Shown here: positions 1 to 9,300 of the stretch, piece by piece
Position numbering within the stretch: position 1 is the stretch's first letter
Layout of the letters: the number at the start of each line of letters is the position of its first letter
Source of the DNA: an uncultured virus (IMG/VR IMGVR_UViG_3300032665_002303)
Taxonomy: Duplodnaviria > Heunggongvirae > Uroviricota > Caudoviricetes
Strand: one strand, 5' to 3'
DNA length: 64,000 bases
IMG/VR virus record: IMGVR_UViG_3300032665_002303
Notes under the pieces: generated by a model
The model's database searches: none
Told to the model about the DNA's origin: nothing
What the model saw: only the letters and a program-made list of their open reading frames with translations
Made by a program: the position numbers and the translations under genes

Positions 1-230
1 CAATAGCGAACTAAGGGATTGTTCTATAATTTTTAGAAAATTATGTTAAGCAAGATTTTGCCGTTAAAAAAGACAAAGATAGTGAAATCTGCTTAATATA
101 ATTTACATTATAGAAAAATCCCGCTGACGATGATTATTGATGGCGTGAAATCAGGGAACTGAAGCCAGGTTATGCGCCTATTCAATCAGGGCGAGAAAGA
201 TGAACGGAGCGTCGCAACGATGCTAAATAG
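1..230 (+). repeat. Long direct repeat copy A1 (near-identical to 6041-6270), ending in a short dispersed repeat at 202-230
   Basis: CAATAGCGAACTAAGGGATTGTTCTATAAT... aligns to 6041 onward at offset 6040 with few mismatches. Confidence 0.95.
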
Positions 231-259
231 AAATTAATAGCTGATTAACAAAAAATTTC

Positions 260-267
260 TACATTTG
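260..267 (+). promoter_or_regulatory. Bacteroidota-type -7 promoter box (TAnnTTTG)
   Basis: TACATTTG 25 nt before the ATG at 292. Similar boxes occur at 3004, 47839, 48517 and 58879. Confidence 0.55.
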
Positions 268-291
268 CTGTAAAACACAAACACTTACAGC

Positions 292-2919
292 ATGAAACAA
301 ATAATACTTCTCCTTTTATTATTTATTTCCGTAAACACCTTTGCTCAGTCCGGGCCTCCATATTTCTATATAGGCATACCTGAAGGCGTAAATGCTACCT
401 ATGGCGAATACACTGCTGATAGTTGCATGAGGGTGCCGGCAATACGCGCTCAGATGGTATGGGATCCAGATAGTTGCGGTCGTATATGGGTTGACATAAA
501 CATTGATAGTGGGCTGTACTACAACGATTGCCTGCACTCGCTAAGGCTACTTAGCACAAAAGACACGGTGGGATTGTTAGGTCATTATGTTCCAATAGTG
601 GATAGCGGCATACTCTATGTCACTCCGACTATGCTAAAGGATACAGCCGCTGCGCTGAGGGCGCTTATAAATTCAGATACGCCTTCGCTGCAAATTGTGC
701 TCACAAAGGGAGACACAACCGATATCCCGCTGTATTACACAAATGGGATGGGGGATACGATAGCAAGATGGGAGAGTGGAGACTTCACGGTGGGAAATTC
801 CCTATTCACCTCCACATACTCAACGATGGATGACGGTTTGGTTGGTGTTTTTAGCTATATCACCAATGCGTCAGCCACACTAGAGGGGAGCGGCGTGTTT
901 ACTTCTTCTCCCAGCTTGGTGCTATCCAATCTTTCCGGAACCGACGCTGGTGCATTATATGCCCCCACACTAACATCCAACAGGGCATGGAGAATGCCGG
1001 ATAGTAGCGGAGTGGTAGCCTTGTTATCGGATATAGCTACGCCTAACCTTCAGCAGGTAACCGATGTGGGGTACACCACGCATGACTCAATGATATTAAA
1101 CCATACGAACGGGAATTCATTTGTGGATATAGATACTACCGGGCCATATTCTGTGTCAATAACCCCATACAACATCAAAATATCCGGATCTGCATCAATT
1201 ACTGCAACTGGCACAAATAGTGCATGGAATGTAAGCGATGCAAGCGGGAATACCGCCTCTTTGGGATACAACGGAGGAAACATGAAGCTGGGATTTGTAA
1301 AGAACGGGTTCCTGTCTTCTATATACGTATACTCACTAAGTGCCGCAAGAAATGATACCATCCCCAATAAATCTGGAACATTCGCCATGACGTCGGACCT
1401 GACTGGCGGTACCGTAACGAGCATAACTGCAGGTTCTGGACTTACCGGCGGCACCATAACAACATCCGGAACGATCGCGATGCCTAATGTTGGTACATCT
1501 GGAACATATGGCGGAGCCTCCTCAATACCCGTAATAACAACAGATGCGCAAGGTAGGGTGACTTCTGTTTCCACCGTTACGCCTACGGCCCCATCCACCC
1601 AAACAGTCACACTAACCGGGGATGTCACAGGTTCGGCGTCTGGGAATCCACTAAGCATAGCTACGACATTAAAAAATACAGGAACGGCTGGTACTTACGG
1701 ATCATCTACACTTGTGCCGGTGATTACTACCGATGCACAGGGAAGAGTGAGTGGCGTAACTACCGCAACTATGACCGCTGGGACAGTAACAAGTGTATCG
1801 GCTACTTCTCCGGGAGGAACAATTACCCATACAGTAACGAGTGCAACAGCAACTCCGAATATAGCAGATGATATAGATTTGACCCACGCAAACAACTGGA
1901 CCGGTACAATTACGGAACAAAAGAATGGTATTGCTGCTGTTTCAACGGATGGCGTCGTTATTTCAAATACTACTGCTGCTACTTCTTTGGTTAAGTTTCA
2001 GCAATCACCAAATGTGCATTTTATAGGGCAGGGATGGAATACATCCCTTGCTACTTCTCAGCAAACCGACTTTCTTATAAATGCAGTTCCCTCTTATTCT
2101 TCAGTTAGTGGAGTAGTTAACAGCATAAATTTTCAATCACAGATTGCAGGAGGTGGGTATGCTACGCCAATGAATATTGTTCAATCAAGTTCCACGAGCT
2201 ATGTTGCAATTCCTACACTGTGGGTAAACACTATCAATGGCGCATCAAATTCTTCAACGGCCAATTACCTTACTATTCAAGGTACACCCACTAATGCAGG
2301 AGGTATATATTATACAATATTATCTAAACCTGCATCGACTTACACAAATACAACGAATAGTGTTTATGGATTAGCATTTGGACCGACATATAACCAAGCA
2401 AGTGGTTCAGGTGCAAATTATGATTTTATAGTAGCAAGAACAGAAACTGCCATAAATACAGGAGTGCAAAGATTGGCAACATTTGGTATCCAATCAGGAG
2501 CAACTTATACTGAAAAATTTGGAGTGGATAATAAGGGAAATGTTATAACGGTAGGAAGTGTCACTTGTACCACGCCAGCTACCTCATCTGCCACATCCCC
2601 CGTGGTGAATAATTCAGGATCTCTTCAGGCGGTTACAAATGGAGTTGTGGATATAAAATCGAATACTACGGCAACGGGTAATACTACCATAGCAATACCG
2701 GCGGGATCAATGCTGGAGAGTATAGTGATACTTCCAACAAACAACGAGACTATAAAGATTGGCACAACATCTGGCGGAACGGATATATTGGCATCTACCG
2801 CTTATACCGCAGGTAGTAACAATGGGATTGCGTATGGAGCAAAATACTTCACAGGAGCTACAACATTATTTATACAGGGTGCCGCAGGGTCGGTAAACTA
2901 CATAATTTATTATCACTAA
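292..2919 (+). CDS. Tail-fibre/adhesin-like Thr/Ser/Gly-rich protein with N-terminal signal-peptide-like segment
   Basis: Repeats GTxGTYGxxxxxPVITTDAQGRV (x2), GTVTSITAGSGLTGGTIT and PSLQxVxxxG (x2). N-terminus MKQIILLLLLFISVNTFAQ. Confidence 0.6.
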   Translation: MKQIILLLLLFISVNTFAQSGPPYFYIGIPEGVNATYGEYTADSCMRVPAIRAQMVWDPDSCGRIWVDINIDSGLYYNDCLHSLRLLSTKDTVGLLGHYVPIVDSGILYVTPTMLKDTAAALRALINSDTPSLQIVLTKGDTTDIPLYYTNGMGDTIARWESGDFTVGNSLFTSTYSTMDDGLVGVFSYITNASATLEGSGVFTSSPSLVLSNLSGTDAGALYAPTLTSNRAWRMPDSSGVVALLSDIATPNLQQVTDVGYTTHDSMILNHTNGNSFVDIDTTGPYSVSITPYNIKISGSASITATGTNSAWNVSDASGNTASLGYNGGNMKLGFVKNGFLSSIYVYSLSAARNDTIPNKSGTFAMTSDLTGGTVTSITAGSGLTGGTITTSGTIAMPNVGTSGTYGGASSIPVITTDAQGRVTSVSTVTPTAPSTQTVTLTGDVTGSASGNPLSIATTLKNTGTAGTYGSSTLVPVITTDAQGRVSGVTTATMTAGTVTSVSATSPGGTITHTVTSATATPNIADDIDLTHANNWTGTITEQKNGIAAVSTDGVVISNTTAATSLVKFQQSPNVHFIGQGWNTSLATSQQTDFLINAVPSYSSVSGVVNSINFQSQIAGGGYATPMNIVQSSSTSYVAIPTLWVNTINGASNSSTANYLTIQGTPTNAGGIYYTILSKPASTYTNTTNSVYGLAFGPTYNQASGSGANYDFIVARTETAINTGVQRLATFGIQSGATYTEKFGVDNKGNVITVGSVTCTTPATSSATSPVVNNSGSLQAVTNGVVDIKSNTTATGNTTIAIPAGSMLESIVILPTNNETIKIGTTSGGTDILASTAYTAGSNNGIAYGAKYFTGATTLFIQGAAGSVNYIIYYH

Positions 2920-3036
2920 AAATAAAAAATATGAAAAAACTATTCCCGGTAATCGTATATATTTTTAGGTAATTATATTCTTGTTTAACCCAAATATTTG
3001 TCGTATATTTGTAGTGTAAAGAAACACACACAGTAT

Positions 3037-3978
3037 ATGAGCAACAATACAACACTGCCAAAATTCACTAACTTAATACAGTTGATGCAATACTTTTCAG
3101 ATGAAAATGTATGCTTACAACACTTAAAGGAAATGAGGTGGGCAAATGGCGTATACTGCCCCCATTGCGGTTGTATGAAGGTTTACAGCTTTACGGATGG
3201 TAAGCGTTACAAGTGTTCTGATTGCAGAAAACAGTTTACTGCAAAGGTTGGTTCTATATTTGAAAACACTAAAATTCCATTGCAAAAATGGTTTGTTGCA
3301 ATCTACTTAATTAGTTCTCATAAAAAAGGTATCTCTTCTTTACAGCTTGCAAAGGATTTAGGTATAACCCAAAAAAATGCTTGGTTTTTATTGCACAGGT
3401 TACGCCATGCAAGCAATACATCTGCCTTTAATGCTCCTTTATCAAATACGGTAGAAGCCGATGAAACATACATTGGAGGCAAGGAAAAGAATAAGCATAA
3501 GAGCAAGAAAACAGAGGGTACGCAAGGTCGCAGCACTAAGACTAAAACACCCGTACTTGCAGTTGTTGAGCGTGGTGGTCTGATTAAAGCTGCAAAATCT
3601 GAAAATGTAGATAGTAAAGCCATAGGAAAATTCATTACTAATAACGTGGTTTTAGGCTCAACCCTTATGACTGATGAATACAGGATCTACCAGACTATCA
3701 AGTGGCTTTACAAGCACAATTATGTTAAGCATGGCGCAGGCGAATACGTTGTAAACGATTGCCATACCAATACGCTTGAAGGTTTCTTTTCATTATTAAA
3801 ACGCAGTATTGTAGGCATCTATCACTTTGTAAGCGCAAAGCATTTGGATAACTACCTGAATGAGGCTACCTTTCGCTATAATAGCAAGGATTGGACAGAG
3901 CATGACAGGTTTAATATGTTATTGAGTGCGACAGCAGGCAAGCGTTTAACTTATCAATCTCTAATAGCAAACTCATAA
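3037..3978 (+). CDS. IS1595-family (ISXO2-like) DDE transposase
   Basis: Zn ribbon CPHC...CSDC, KKGISSLQL HTH, catalytic motifs VEADETYIGG, LMTDE and HTNTLEGFFSLLKR. Start 3037 (ATG) preferred over 2998. Confidence 0.95.
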   Translation: MSNNTTLPKFTNLIQLMQYFSDENVCLQHLKEMRWANGVYCPHCGCMKVYSFTDGKRYKCSDCRKQFTAKVGSIFENTKIPLQKWFVAIYLISSHKKGISSLQLAKDLGITQKNAWFLLHRLRHASNTSAFNAPLSNTVEADETYIGGKEKNKHKSKKTEGTQGRSTKTKTPVLAVVERGGLIKAAKSENVDSKAIGKFITNNVVLGSTLMTDEYRIYQTIKWLYKHNYVKHGAGEYVVNDCHTNTLEGFFSLLKRSIVGIYHFVSAKHLDNYLNEATFRYNSKDWTEHDRFNMLLSATAGKRLTYQSLIANS

Positions 3979-4913
3979 TGGCAAAGGCGAAAAAACACGA
4001 AGAGCAATTTAGTTTAGATATGCCCTTTGAAGAGGCATTGCAACGCTTTAGCAATGTGAATGTAAAGGATATGTCTGTACTTGAAGAGGGTATAGAAGAT
4101 AATGGGGCTGCACCTTTCCTCAAATGGGTTGGGGGTAAGCGAAGTATAATTAACGAGCTAAAAAGCCGATTGCCGGAAACATATAACGACTACTGGGAGC
4201 CGTTCGTTGGTGGGGGTGCGCTATTTTTTGATATACAGCCGAAGCGGTCGCATATATCAGATGCGAATTTAGATTTGGTAATAACATACAAGGTTATCCA
4301 AAAGGATGTAGATAAGCTGATTGAAGCATTAAAAAAGCATCAAAAGTTACATTGTGAGGAATACTATTACAGGGTGCGCAGTCAACACGATCTGAACGAT
4401 CCTATTGCAATTGCAGCCCGTATGATATACTTAAACAAAACCTGTTTTAATGGGTTATTCAGGGTGAATAAGAAGGGTGAATTTAATACTCCTTTAGGTA
4501 AGTCTGCAACAGGTTCAATAAGCACAGGCATATTAAGAGAGGACAATTTAAGAGCGTGCAATAAAGCCCTAAAGAATACCATTATTGAGTATAACGACTA
4601 CTTAAAGATAGAGCCAGCAGCGGGGGATTTTGTGTATTTCGATCCACCATACCACCCGACAAACGGCACTTCTTTCACATCTTATGCAATGGGTAATTTC
4701 ACCGAAAAGGATCAATCCGCTTTAGCTGATTTTTGTAAGGAATTACACCGCAAAGGGGTTAAGCTCATGCTGTCTAATAGCAATACGGAATTTATAAGAG
4801 ATCTGTATAAGGCTAATATTTTCAAAATAGCTATTGTAAATGCGCCAAGAAATGTAAATTGTAAGCCAAATGGCAGAAACCCCGTTGAGGAGGTTTTGAT
4901 TACAAATTACTGA
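3978..4913 (+). CDS. dam: Dam-family (D12 class) DNA adenine methyltransferase
   Basis: LKWVGGK, EPFVGGG, YLNKTCFNGLFRVN, DPPY and LSNS motifs. Confidence 0.92.
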   Translation: MAKAKKHEEQFSLDMPFEEALQRFSNVNVKDMSVLEEGIEDNGAAPFLKWVGGKRSIINELKSRLPETYNDYWEPFVGGGALFFDIQPKRSHISDANLDLVITYKVIQKDVDKLIEALKKHQKLHCEEYYYRVRSQHDLNDPIAIAARMIYLNKTCFNGLFRVNKKGEFNTPLGKSATGSISTGILREDNLRACNKALKNTIIEYNDYLKIEPAAGDFVYFDPPYHPTNGTSFTSYAMGNFTEKDQSALADFCKELHRKGVKLMLSNSNTEFIRDLYKANIFKIAIVNAPRNVNCKPNGRNPVEEVLITNY

Positions 4914-4914
4914 T

Positions 4915-5370
4915 ATGAAAGATACAGGTGCAAACTACACAGGATCAACCCTTGAAAAGTTTATCCATGATAGGCTATTAGAAAGAAAATACCAATTCAT
5001 TCCTCGTGACAAGTTTAAAGCTGCCTTGTATTTGGAGCAACCCATTTATACAAGGCAGTATCACATAGGCATGGGGATATATGAAACGCCTATGTATTGC
5101 GATTTTATCGTTTACCACCCAGAAAAATGGAAAGAGTGCCTTATTATTGAAAGTAAGTGGCAGCAGTCCGTAGGAACGGTAGATGAAAAATTTCCTTATT
5201 TCGTACTGAATATACAACAGCGACACCCACATAAGACCGTAGTATTATTGGATGGTGGCGGGTACAAGAAACAAGCAGAAGCGTGGTTACGCAACCAGGT
5301 AGGCAATAACCTGATGCATGTTTTTAATATGGGTGAATTTCAGAAGTGGTGTAACAAAGGAAATATCTAA
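4915..5370 (+). CDS. PD-(D/E)XK nuclease, probable restriction endonuclease partner of the MTase
   Basis: CDF...IIESKWQQSVGTVDEK motif. Coupled directly downstream of the MTase. Confidence 0.7.
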   Translation: MKDTGANYTGSTLEKFIHDRLLERKYQFIPRDKFKAALYLEQPIYTRQYHIGMGIYETPMYCDFIVYHPEKWKECLIIESKWQQSVGTVDEKFPYFVLNIQQRHPHKTVVLLDGGGYKKQAEAWLRNQVGNNLMHVFNMGEFQKWCNKGNI

Positions 5371-5398
5371 CTTTGTGCCGTATTAAAACACACAAACT

Positions 5399-5657
5399 AT
5401 GAACGACATTTGCCAACAAGAACACAGGTACGACAATCAATTTGCCCGACTGCCTGACAGTCAAGCCAACGCAGAAGGTAGGCACAGATGCGCAGGGTGC
5501 GGATATGATCAAGGGTATGCAGACGGTTTAGCGGGCGTAGAGCCTAATTTTAGACCTGATGAATTAGACTGGAGCCCAAGCGGGCGAAGTAAGGCATAAA
5601 AGCCCCGCAGCAGGGTACAGTTCTGGTTATACGGACGGAATGAGAGCAAGACCGTAA
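5399..5657 (+). pseudogene. Small two-repeat protein broken by a 1-nt frameshift at CCC 5575-5577
   Basis: First frame gives SQANAEGRHRCAGCGYDQGYADG. The shifted frame continues SQAGEVRHKSPAAGYSSGYTDGMRARP* to 5657. Confidence 0.6.
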
Positions 5658-5665
5658 CTAAAGTA

Positions 5666-5693
5666 AAAAGCCCCTATTAAGGGGTTTTTGTTT
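5666..5693. terminator. Probable bidirectional intrinsic terminator
   Basis: AAAAGCCCC-TATTAA-GGGGTTTTT hairpin between convergent ORF and tRNA. Confidence 0.6.
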
Positions 5694-5768
<75 letters not shown>

Positions 5769-5855
5769 CTATGAGGTGCAAATAAAGACCTATTTTTGTT
5801 ATTGAACAAAGGTTATTTTATTGGTTGGGTTAAAGTCGAATATAGTTACCTAACT

Positions 5856-5999
5856 TTATTGTTGTGCTTTCAGGAAGAACGTACTTAAAAACTGGGCTAA
5901 ATCTTCTGACCGTTTCTTTACGTCAATATGTTCAGGAAGATGGATCTCTGAAATATGGATTTCCGGTGGATCGAAATCTTGATTTATTTTAGTTGACAT
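5856..5999 (-). CDS. Small hypothetical protein (47 aa, MSTKINQDFDPPE...)
   Basis: Manually read ORF below the track cutoff. Confidence 0.35.
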   Translation of the reverse strand: MSTKINQDFDPPEIHISEIHLPEHIDVKKRSEDLAQFLSTFFLKAQQ

Positions 6000-6040
6000 A
6001 TAAAATGGTTTGCGCTCCATTTTGCTTACTCGTTCAAGCC

Positions 6041-6270
6041 CAATAGCGAACTAAGGGATTGTTCTATAATTTTTAGAAAATTATGTTAAGCAAGATTTTG
6101 CCGTTAAAAAAGACAAAGATAGTGAAATCTGCTTAATATAATTTACATTATAGAAAAATCCCGCTGAAGATGATTATTGATGGTGTGAAATCAGGGAACT
6201 GAAGCCAGGTTATGCGCCTATTCAATCAGGGCAATGCCGATGAACGGAGCGTCGCAACGAAGTTTAATAG
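6041..6270 (+). repeat. Long direct repeat copy A2, ending in a short repeat at 6242-6270
   Basis: Matches 1-230. Confidence 0.95.
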
Positions 6271-6328
6271 TAAAAATATTGCTGACTGCCAAATAAATAA
6301 TAACTTTACTGCCACAACCTAAAAAAGT

Positions 6329-9300
6329 ATGGCACAGCAGTTCAAGAACAACTTCAACGGAGGAATAAACCTTGACGTAGATTTTCTCCGCCTTCCTCCC
6401 AACACTGCGGCCTTCATAAAAAACCTCACCACTAACGTAAACATAAATGCCAATGCTGCAGCCCTATCCGGCGGAAATGAAACTGTGCGGACGCCAATGG
6501 AAGGGAATCAGGCGCTTGTCATATCGGGCACCCCGGCTGGCACTAACTACTGCATAGGTACATACAGCTACGAAACTACCAATGAGATGTATTTTGCTCT
6601 TTACAACAGCAACGGCAATCACTCTATATGGGTAGTCTCCGGCGACACAGGCGGTGTGACACTGGTTTATACGAGCCCGCTGCTGCCATTCCTGCTTGAT
6701 CCAAAATACTTTCTTTCAGAAGGCAGAATGACGCTAATAGAGCAATCGGTAATTGACCCGGTAACGCAACTGGAAACGACATATAAATTCCTTATCATCA
6801 CAAACAATAATGAACAGCAATGCGTAATAGACGTAGGGGCGAGTATCGCTACCGGTTCTTATACTACACCGTACTTTACGGACTCATCCGCTTTTTATGA
6901 CCCGCTAGAGCTTATTCACTTAGGGTCCGTATTGCCATTGCGGCCAATGCATAACACCACCATCCCCATTGGACTGAATAACCCCAATTCCTACGTTCCC
7001 GTTACTAGTGCGAGCATTATAGATACGGCCACGATAGCAAACCCCGGAATTTCTTATACGGTTGGTAGCCAGGGAACAATAGCTGGCGGCACTGGCGGTA
7101 CATTTGAGGTGACGGCGATCGGTGCTGGCGGCGCTGTAGTGTCTTTTATCTTGTTGGATGGTGGCACCGGGTATGCGGCGACAATAACTCCAGCCGCAAC
7201 ATCAACCACCAGTGGCGGCGGGTCCGGTCTGACACTTAATATATTAACGCTGGTAACTCCAGATGTGAGTAAGCAAAACCTGCTGATCAACTCCGGATGG
7301 CAATTCAGATACCAGACGATAGACGTATGGGGTAGATTCTCCAACTGGAGCATTATATCCTCCTTGTACACCGTACTTATCGGCGGCGGATGTGTAGGTA
7401 CTAGCAATGGGCTGCCCCGGTGTGTGAACTTGTGTTTTGATGCAGGAAATCCACTTATAAAATATATCACGATAGCATTCCGGCGCGGAGTGGGTAATGA
7501 TGTGAATGGGCAAACAGAAACAGACTGGCAAACCTGCGAAACCTTCAGCAAATACGACGACAGCCAAAATGTAGAATGGTACAACAGGGCATATAATCCC
7601 ACATTCATCACGGCTAATAGCGGTATAACCTTTAATGAGGCTACAAATGTCATTACTTATACCTTCTGCGCAGACAAGCAAAGTAACCCGGTAGACCCGG
7701 TAGATGCCGCCAATACTGAGCCGGGGCTGCCTGTTACATCGGCAAGTGTTGCAGCTATTGATAAATCCATACTGCTGGCGAACAATGTGTATGACTATCA
7801 GCCACTCCCTCAGCCGGTAGTTGACAGCCTGCAGTTCTCCGTTTCTCCGCCAAGCCCAGCACAAACTCCATGTGATGCGGCCCCGTCTAGGACTATAGTT
7901 GTTTATGCTGCAATATACGATCCGTTAAATGGAGCCAGGGCTATAATAAGACAATCTCACAATAAAGTGGTATTTGGCAACACAGATGGAAGTTGCGGCA
8001 ATGCGGATTCTGCATTTGGCATAGATCAAGTGTTTGGTGATCAAACTGCTGGAAATAGTGGATTTATAGGATATTTGGCCGGCACTCCATATACATGCAT
8101 TTCCACTCAGGGGTATATTGACCCATCTACTGGTGTATTTACATATCAAGGATATGGTTCCGGAATAAGTTTTCCTAAAGGCGGCGGCGCAGTCCAGCAA
8201 TTTATATTTAATAATGTTCCGGCTGGGAAGTATATTATGCGCGTCGCATCTCATAAAACAACAATATCGGACGCCACTCTTCAATCAACTTCCACATATG
8301 TTGCAGGCGTTTCACAGATAAATCAACTCAATGTCGCAAGCGGATTGAGTAACTATGCCGCTAACCCAGTAAAAGAAATAGAAATAGACTGCTCTACCGG
8401 AAATTATCCACTTACTTATAGCGCAGGAAATCCACTATTAGTTATATTAGATTTAACAAACTCGGGTGTAGATGGGGGTCATGCAGTGGATGGGTATTTG
8501 TGTGAGCAAAACGGGAGTGATACGCCTATAGAGATGAGCCCAGTTTGTTTCCAAGGAACATCTGTGGGGGCTCCACTTGATACCTATGGAAGTTTTTTTA
8601 CGGACCATAATGGATTTTACTTTGCATCCTCTGGCGCCCTGTTCGTTTCGATATCTTTTTTTGCAGACATGTGCGATGGTGCTGGAATTACAGAAAGAAC
8701 TTTCTATAGTTCCGCTAATACCGCATATACGAGTGTTGGCAGGGGCGCGGCTGGTATTACCCATGGTGACGGATCTGGCGTGGGCAGCGGATGCGCGGGA
8801 GTTACCGGCAATTGGAGAAATAAAATATTTTTCTATCCATCAACTGGTACATATCCATCATCTGCAAGAAGGACAATAACCCAAGTATTGAATATATGTG
8901 GATCTTCTAGTATTGGCGCCCCGGGCGTATTGGCTATAATGACGAAAGGGGCTTACGGCCAAACGGACGGCAGTGGATCCGTATCTGTTATTGCTCACAA
9001 TAGATATAACTATGCAAGTTCCATAGGGTCTACTCCACTTCCGTACCTAGCTTCTATGCTGCCTAATTATTCGGTATCACCCAGCAACACGGATTATCTC
9101 ATTTTTAGTAAAAATGGAACCTGTCAATGGAATACGTGCAGCGGATGCGGGACGACCATTTCGGACCAGCTAATTGCGTATATATCATGCTGCCCTATTC
9201 CGCCATTAACATGCAATAGGGTTACCATGCTATCGCCGCTTACTGTTCTATCTAACGGCACGGGAATATATGGTGTTCAAAGCGGAGGTAAATATCCTGT

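Noticed and set aside
2931..2967. MKKLFPVIVYIF as a gene split by the IS and continuing after 5850
   Set aside because: The joined frame stops after about 24 codons and the target duplication is imperfect, so it cannot be supported.
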